A stretch of 64,000 bases of DNA from an uncultured Eubacterium sp. (GTDB lineage Bacteria; Bacillota; Clostridia; Lachnospirales; Lachnospiraceae): NCBI GenBank assembly GCA_958446835.1, contig CAUCXT010000004.1, positions 11,770 through 75,769 of the forward strand, given 5' to 3'. Below, one piece after another: positions 59,286 to 64,000 of the stretch; positions within the stretch are counted from its first letter, which is position 1, and every line of letters starts with the position of its first letter. A model generated the notes under the pieces. The model searched no databases and had not been told where the DNA came from. It worked only from the letters and a program-made list of their open reading frames with translations. Position numbers and translations under genes: made by a program.

Positions 59286-59321
59286 TAAACACAAAAGTAG
59301 ACCCCTTTCGGAGTCTACTTT
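59286..59321 (-). terminator. Rho-independent terminator inside the 392-bp intergenic region
   Basis: Minus-strand RNA AAAGUAGACUCCGAAAGGGGUCUACUUUUGUGUUUACGG. Stem of 9+ bp, loop of about 8 nt, then a U tract. Ends about 70 nt upstream of the spoIID-like start. Confidence 0.7.
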
Positions 59322-59562
59322 ATTTGAAAATTAATAGATTCTTATTCATATCCCAAAATGCCGTTTCCTACAGTTTTGACGCCCTAGCTCAAGCTAGGTG
59401 GGCGACCTCACATAAGCTTCAGCCATCCACTGCAAAGGAGGCTCGACATCCACTTATAAATGTTGGAATCCCATGAACGTAAATGTAGGTTCAAAAAAGT
59501 AAGATTGTCGTACACCCCAGGACTAAATCCATTAATCATCTGTTACTATTATATCTTGAACT
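59290..59562 (-). ncRNA. Candidate ~270-nt small RNA or cis-regulatory leader, bounded by a sigmaA promoter and an intrinsic terminator
   Basis: Promoter -10 at 59569..59574, terminator at 59286..59321. No ORF longer than 15 codons. Several internal hairpins (CCTAGCTTGAGCTAGG, a repeated AGTGGATG, GAGCCTCC...GAGGTCGCC). No tmRNA, SRP or RNase P motifs. Confidence 0.35.
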
Positions 59563-59568
59563 GGATAA

Positions 59569-59597
59569 AGTATACCACATCAATGAATATTTAGCAA
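59569..59597 (-). promoter_or_regulatory. SigmaA-type promoter with extended -10
   Basis: Minus strand: -35 TTGCTA, 17-nt spacer, -10 TGgTATACT. Lies 10-38 nt downstream of the stop of the 59607..61487 gene. Confidence 0.5.
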
Positions 59598-59606
59598 GAT
59601 TTTTCT

Positions 59607-61487
59607 TTACTTGCGATACAATATATAGTATGTGAGCGAACATGCCAATCCTTCTGACACAGTATATGGTCCATCTATATTATAACCCTCTCCAAGTGCC
59701 AGCAAAGCATCCTCTGTATGATTCCTGCTCCACGGTATTTCCACATATATGGCTCTATGGTCTAAGAAAACGACCTCCTCCATATAATAAAGACGCTGTA
59801 TAGCATGTAGGTTGACCTCTCCATCCGCTTTTTTGTAGGTACGCACCCTGTTAACAGAATCCCATAAAAGATCCGGATTTACAAACTGATCCTCCGTCTG
59901 TTCCACAAAGGATGACACTATCCTGTACCATCCCTGATAGTCAACTCTGTCAAGCATCTTGTCAACCGCTTTATCCATGTATGTATACTGATAATTATAG
60001 TACCCGAAATCGCCAACATTAGAATCCATATATTCCAGCTCATTTCTTGTCGCCGCTGTCCAGACCATTGGAATTTTACCCGTGTTGACTCTCGTAAATA
60101 CCGTGAGTGAAACCGGATCTATTGTAACAAACGTCTCCACAAATGCAAGCAGTCCCATTGCTGCCGATACACAGATATATGCTTTTTTCGCTTCAAGTGC
60201 CCTTATAACCATTACCATCACTATGAGCAGGAAAAGAGTATCCGACAAAATATTATATCTTGTCTGCTTGGCCTCCAAAAAGAATAAAAGGAAGAATGTG
60301 TATACAAAATACTGTATCAGTATGAATGAAAATACCCTTACATCTATTTCCTTGTTCTTTCGCACTGACGGAACCACAATACATATAACAATACACGCAA
60401 CCAATATCAGAATCCACAGCCATGAAAAATTTAACACGAAGAGCTGACGCACCTTCATCATAAAATGAGCACTGTTGAACTGAAAGTTCATAGTTCCCTC
60501 GCCACCAAGCTTCAGAACATCCTTAATCTTATTTCCGCCCCACATAGGAATATTGATTATTTTAATAAAAGCTGCTACACACGCAATCAGAAAAATTCCA
60601 AATCCAATATAGTGTCCCGGCTTAAGTTTTTTAATGAAGTCTCTTATTCCACCGCTTTTCTTAATATATGCCGCAATCTCATATATGACAATAAAAAACA
60701 GCATGGAAAAAGCCATCATTGCTCCGGTCTCTTTACACGTTCCGAGCATTATAAGCCAGAAAAACATCAATATATACTTTCGTGTAAGATATGCGCACAA
60801 TACATATATAAACAATACCGCTAAAGGATATTCCATATGTATAGTCGTGGACAAACCAAGAAAAATCGGATGAATCGACACAATAAAAGCTGCTATCGCA
60901 CTAACGTAATCCTTTTTCTTTGGAAATATCTTCTTAAATATATAGAATAGACATACCGCAGCAACTGCTCCCATTACCATATACGAATACTGGAACCCCA
61001 TGGCATTAGGCACATTAAGGAGCTGCCCCAACATAGTTACAAAAATAAAGCCGTGACTGATATGTCCGAAAATAAAGCCGCTTTTAAATGTATCAAACAA
61101 AATTCCATTCGGATAATATGCTATTCTATCCATCTGTGTATAATAAAGCTGTGCATCCGACCACTGGTATGTGCCAATCATATTAACTCTTATGACAATG
61201 CTCACCACAAAAATAATCACAGAGCAGACCATTGGCGAACCCGGTTTCCCAATCTTTTTCAACTTGAACGCACATATAAGCGTAACTGCAAGCAGAACTG
61301 CGAAAACAATAGGATTGATTATATTACAAGTATGCACAAACTTTAAAACATCATCCGTCCACTCCTGCCTGTAATATGAAAACGGTGCAATCGCAAACAA
61401 CCACACAAACAAAGCCATAATGACTGACAACTGTGCTGTAACGTTATACAGAGTATCAAGCGATTTTTTCTTTTTCATGTTATACAT
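59607..61487 (-). CDS. Large polytopic membrane protein (12+ TM) with a C-terminal extracytoplasmic domain; possible GT-C-type glycosyltransferase
   Basis: ORF 59607..61544. Start probably ATG 61487 or 61481 (MYNMKKKK, AAGGGAG upstream). Hydrophobic core followed by a ~170-aa soluble C-domain (WTAATRNELEYMDSNVGDFGYYNYQ...). No diagnostic motif. Confidence 0.5.
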   Translation of the reverse strand: MYNMKKKKSLDTLYNVTAQLSVIMALFVWLFAIAPFSYYRQEWTDDVLKFVHTCNIINPIVFAVLLAVTLICAFKLKKIGKPGSPMVCSVIIFVVSIVIRVNMIGTYQWSDAQLYYTQMDRIAYYPNGILFDTFKSGFIFGHISHGFIFVTMLGQLLNVPNAMGFQYSYMVMGAVAAVCLFYIFKKIFPKKKDYVSAIAAFIVSIHPIFLGLSTTIHMEYPLAVLFIYVLCAYLTRKYILMFFWLIMLGTCKETGAMMAFSMLFFIVIYEIAAYIKKSGGIRDFIKKLKPGHYIGFGIFLIACVAAFIKIINIPMWGGNKIKDVLKLGGEGTMNFQFNSAHFMMKVRQLFVLNFSWLWILILVACIVICIVVPSVRKNKEIDVRVFSFILIQYFVYTFFLLFFLEAKQTRYNILSDTLFLLIVMVMVIRALEAKKAYICVSAAMGLLAFVETFVTIDPVSLTVFTRVNTGKIPMVWTAATRNELEYMDSNVGDFGYYNYQYTYMDKAVDKMLDRVDYQGWYRIVSSFVEQTEDQFVNPDLLWDSVNRVRTYKKADGEVNLHAIQRLYYMEEVVFLDHRAIYVEIPWSRNHTEDALLALGEGYNIDGPYTVSEGLACSLTYYILYRK

Positions 61488-61577
61488 ATACTCCCTTCGT
61501 CTATCACATTTAGAATAAGACTTTGTAAAGAATATCATACCCATTACTGTTTGTCAAATTAAGCAGCCTGCCATTTT

Positions 61578-61614
61578 ATACGAAAAAGCCGGGTGCGAAT
61601 TATTCGCACCCGGC
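61578..61614 (-). terminator. Rho-independent terminator of pckA
   Basis: Perfect 12-bp stem GCCGGGTGCGAA / TTCGCACCCGGC with a 3-nt loop. UUUUUCGUAUAAAAU follows on the minus-strand RNA. Starts 45 nt after the pckA stop. Confidence 0.8.
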
Positions 61615-61658
61615 ATAATCTGCATTATATTCCTATTCTTTTGAACAGAAAATTCTGA

Positions 61659-63263
61659 TTAGAGCTGAGGACCAGCAGCAACTAATGCCTTACCAGCATC
61701 ATTTCCCTCATACTTAGCGAAGTTCTTGATGAATCTTCCAGCTAAGTCAACTGCCTTCTTCTCCCACTCAGAAGCATCAGCGTAAGTATCTCTTGGATCA
61801 AGAATACCTGTATCAACGCCCTCAAGCTCAGTAGGAACCTCGAAGTTGAAGTAAGGAATCTTCTTTGTAGGAACCTTGTTGATTGCTCCGCTAAGGATGC
61901 CGTCGATGATACCACGAGTATCCTTAATGGAAATTCTCTTGCCGGTTCCGTTCCAGCCTGTATTTACAAGGTAAGCCTTAGCTCCGCTCTTCTCCATCTT
62001 CTTAACAAGCTCCTCAGCATACTTAGTAGGATGAAGCTCAAGGAAAGCCTGTCCGAAGCAAGCTGAGAATGTAGGTGTAGGCTCTGTGATACCTCTCTCT
62101 GTACCGGCAAGCTTAGCAGTAAATCCTGAAAGGAAGTAATACTGTGTCTGTGCCTCAGTAAGAATAGATACTGGAGGAAGTACACCAAATGCATCTGCTG
62201 AAAGGAAGATTACGTTCTTTGCAGCAGGAGCTGAAGAGATTGGACGTACAATGTTCTTGATATGATCAATAGGATAAGATACACGAGTATTCTCTGTTAC
62301 GCTCTTATCGTCGAAATCAATCTTGCCGTTTGCATCAACAGTAACGTTCTCAAGAAGAGCGTTTCTCTTGATTGCATTGTAGATATCAGGCTCAGACTCC
62401 TTGTCAAGTCCGATAACCTTAGCGTAGCAGCCTCCCTCGAAGTTGAATACGCCGTTGTCATCCCAGCCGTGCTCGTCATCACCGATGAGGAGTCTCTTAG
62501 GGTCTGTAGAAAGAGTAGTCTTACCTGTTCCTGAAAGACCGAAGAAGATAGCTGTGTTCTCGCCGTTCATATCTGTGTTAGCTGAGCAGTGCATAGAAGC
62601 AATACCCTTGAGTGGAAGGTAGTAGTTCATCATTGAGAACATACCCTTCTTCATCTCTCCGCCGTACCATGTGTTAACGATAACCTGCTCACGGCTTGTG
62701 ATGTTGAACATAACTGCTGTCTCAGAGTTTAATCCTAACTCTTTGTAGTTCTCAACTTTTGCCTTAGAAGCATTGTAAACAACGAAATCTGGCTCGAAGT
62801 TCTCTAATTCTTCTGCTGTAGGTTTGATGAACATATTTGTTACAAAGTGAGCCTGCCAAGCAACCTCAACGATGAAACGAACTGCCATTCTTGTATCCTT
62901 GTTAGCTCCGCAGAAAGCATCTACTACGAAAAGTCTCTTGTTAGAGAGCTCCTTCTTAGCGATATCCTTAACTGCTGCCCAAGTCTCCTCTGTCATAGGA
63001 TGGTTATCGTTCTTGTACTCATCGGATGTCCACCAAACTGTGTCCTTGGAGTTCTTATCAACAACGATATACTTATCCTTAGGTGAACGTCCTGTGTAGA
63101 TACCTGTCATAACATTGACAGCGCCAAGCTCGCTCTCCTTACCTACTTCATAGCCCTCGTTAGAAGACTTAGTCTCCTCCTCGAATAAGAACTCATAAGA
63201 AGGATTGTAGACAACTTCTGTAGTACCTGTGATGCCATACTTGCTTAAATCGATCTTTGCCAT
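61659..63263 (-). CDS. pckA: Phosphoenolpyruvate carboxykinase (ATP)
   Basis: ORF trimmed to ATG 63263 ([13 protein letters not shown]) with AAGAGG RBS. Kinase-1a loop [19 protein letters not shown] fold. 534 aa. Confidence 0.95.
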   Translation of the reverse strand: MAKIDLSKYGITGTTEVVYNPSYEFLFEEETKSSNEGYEVGKESELGAVNVMTGIYTGRSPKDKYIVVDKNSKDTVWWTSDEYKNDNHPMTEETWAAVKDIAKKELSNKRLFVVDAFCGANKDTRMAVRFIVEVAWQAHFVTNMFIKPTAEELENFEPDFVVYNASKAKVENYKELGLNSETAVMFNITSREQVIVNTWYGGEMKKGMFSMMNYYLPLKGIASMHCSANTDMNGENTAIFFGLSGTGKTTLSTDPKRLLIGDDEHGWDDNGVFNFEGGCYAKVIGLDKESEPDIYNAIKRNALLENVTVDANGKIDFDDKSVTENTRVSYPIDHIKNIVRPISSAPAAKNVIFLSADAFGVLPPVSILTEAQTQYYFLSGFTAKLAGTERGITEPTPTFSACFGQAFLELHPTKYAEELVKKMEKSGAKAYLVNTGWNGTGKRISIKDTRGIIDGILSGAINKVPTKKIPYFNFEVPTELEGVDTGILDPRDTYADASEWEKKAVDLAGRFIKNFAKYEGNDAGKALVAAGPQL

Positions 63264-63432
63264 CTTACATAAACCTCTTTTCTTATAATGTATCAGTAGA
63301 AATGGATTAACCACATTCTTTTGCTATTATACATAATCACTTTTCAAAAAGCAACAGTATAATCATAGTGTTTAGGTAAATTTTAGAAATAATACAGGAA
63401 AAAATTTACTGTTTTTATACCGTTATCCTATA

Positions 63433-64000
63433 TTAAACCAATATACCCTTGATATATTCTGCTATCTCAGCATTTTTGCAGTCCTTGAAGAAATACTCTG
63501 CAAAATGCTCGCCGCTAACTGCTCCCTTTAAGAGTTCTTTATCAATATTCTTGAGAATGTAGAGCATATCTGTGTGTGTTACCTTCTTAACCTCGTCTAA
63601 TATCTTCTTGTTGCGCTGCTCCGGCACAACTCTCTCCTTAGGATAACCACCGCCCGGCTCCTGCTCAAAAAGCTTCTCAAAGATGTATGTAAGGTTGAGC
63701 TCTGCGCCCCAGCCAAAGCCCTTTGCGAAAGGAAGAGCCACTGCATTGCCTGCATTAATCTGGCTGAACATAAATGCGTCTGAAGGATCAACAATATGTC
63801 CGCATAATACACCCGGGAATGAATTGAGCGCAAGCATAGCGCCCTCACCTGTTCCACAGCCTGTCACAACGAAATCCGCTGCTCCGCTGTTAAGAAGAAT
63901 GGCTGCTAAAATACCACACTGTACATAAGTAAGCTGTGCAGCATCATCCGCTGAATACATTCCATAGTTGACAACCTCATATCCCTTAGCGTCCGCAACC
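63433..64000 (-). CDS. RpiB/LacA/LacB-family sugar-phosphate isomerase (ribose-5-phosphate isomerase B-like). Partial: the N-terminus lies beyond the window end.
   Basis: Frame stays open upstream of the first in-window Met (...VADAKGYEVVNYG|MYSADD), matching the RpiB N-terminal region. GCGTGEG motif. The tail is longer than canonical RpiB. Confidence 0.75.
   Translation of the reverse strand, partial: VADAKGYEVVNYGMYSADDAAQLTYVQCGILAAILLNSGAADFVVTGCGTGEGAMLALNSFPGVLCGHIVDPSDAFMFSQINAGNAVALPFAKGFGWGAELNLTYIFEKLFEQEPGGGYPKERVVPEQRNKKILDEVKKVTHTDMLYILKNIDKELLKGAVSGEHFAEYFFKDCKNAEIAEYIKGILV

Noticed and set aside
59215-59606. Identity of the intergenic RNA as tmRNA, SRP RNA, RNase P RNA, 6S RNA or a T-box
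   Set aside because: I checked for hallmark motifs: the tmRNA GGGG..UUCGAC ends, SRP domain IV GGAAGCAGC, the RNase P P4 consensus and the T-box AGGGUGGNACCGCG. None is present.

Overview
This window is 64 kb of chromosome from a low-GC Gram-positive bacterium. Its sporulation genes (sigK, a SpoIID/LytB-domain protein, ylmC/ymxH) and the mur/shikimate/tRNA-modification neighbourhoods fit a spore-forming member of the Clostridia; the large glycosyltransferase cluster suggests a Lachnospiraceae-like organism, but that is only a guess. Sixty protein-coding genes can be supported, 58 of them on the minus strand with short gaps or 4-14 nt overlaps, so the region is several long co-directional operons. 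No rRNA, tRNA, CRISPR, transposase or integrase gene was found.

Gene content, right to left along the minus strand:
- rpiB-like (5' end cut by the window), pckA, a large polytopic membrane protein.
- A 390-bp non-coding gap carrying its own promoter and terminator.
- An 800-aa SpoIID/LytB-domain protein, scpA/scpB, an M18 aminopeptidase, prmA, rsmE, a nifS-like cysteine desulfurase and thiI.
- mtaB, UPF0297, ruvX, DUF1292, rnj, ylbF-like, and a truncated MltG N-terminal-domain protein.
- The tRNA mo5U-modification pair trmR-like OMT plus U32 peptidase (trhP-like), followed by two tandem hairpins and a GC-rich palindrome.
- sigK, followed immediately by a ~20 kb, 20-gene cell-surface polysaccharide locus.
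- nrdR, ylmC, vanZ, yqeG, aroE/aroK/aroQ, a CNNM/HlyC transporter, an M16 peptidase, marR, a DUF368 (PopT-like) membrane protein, a ClpP-like TepA, uppP, ftsK, fhs, murF, murE and priA (3' end cut by the window).

The polysaccharide locus contains a GT26 transferase, two Wzy-like polymerases, five GT4, four GT2, a GT11 alpha-1,2-fucosyltransferase, a DUF1792-like protein, an O-acyltransferase, an MsbA/PglK-like ABC exporter, a Wzz-type chain-length protein with a degenerate kinase-like tail, a priming phosphoglycosyl transferase and two LCP ligases. The only plus-strand genes are a small HPr/Crh-like protein with its own sigmaA promoter and terminator, and a YihY/BrkB membrane protein.

The best candidates for undescribed biology are:
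- the ~270-nt promoter-to-terminator unit upstream of the spoIID-like gene, read as a candidate sRNA or cis-regulatory leader;
- the sigK-adjacent fucose-containing polysaccharide locus with an ABC flippase and no Wzx;
- the His-less HPr-like protein;
- the domain-truncated MltG.
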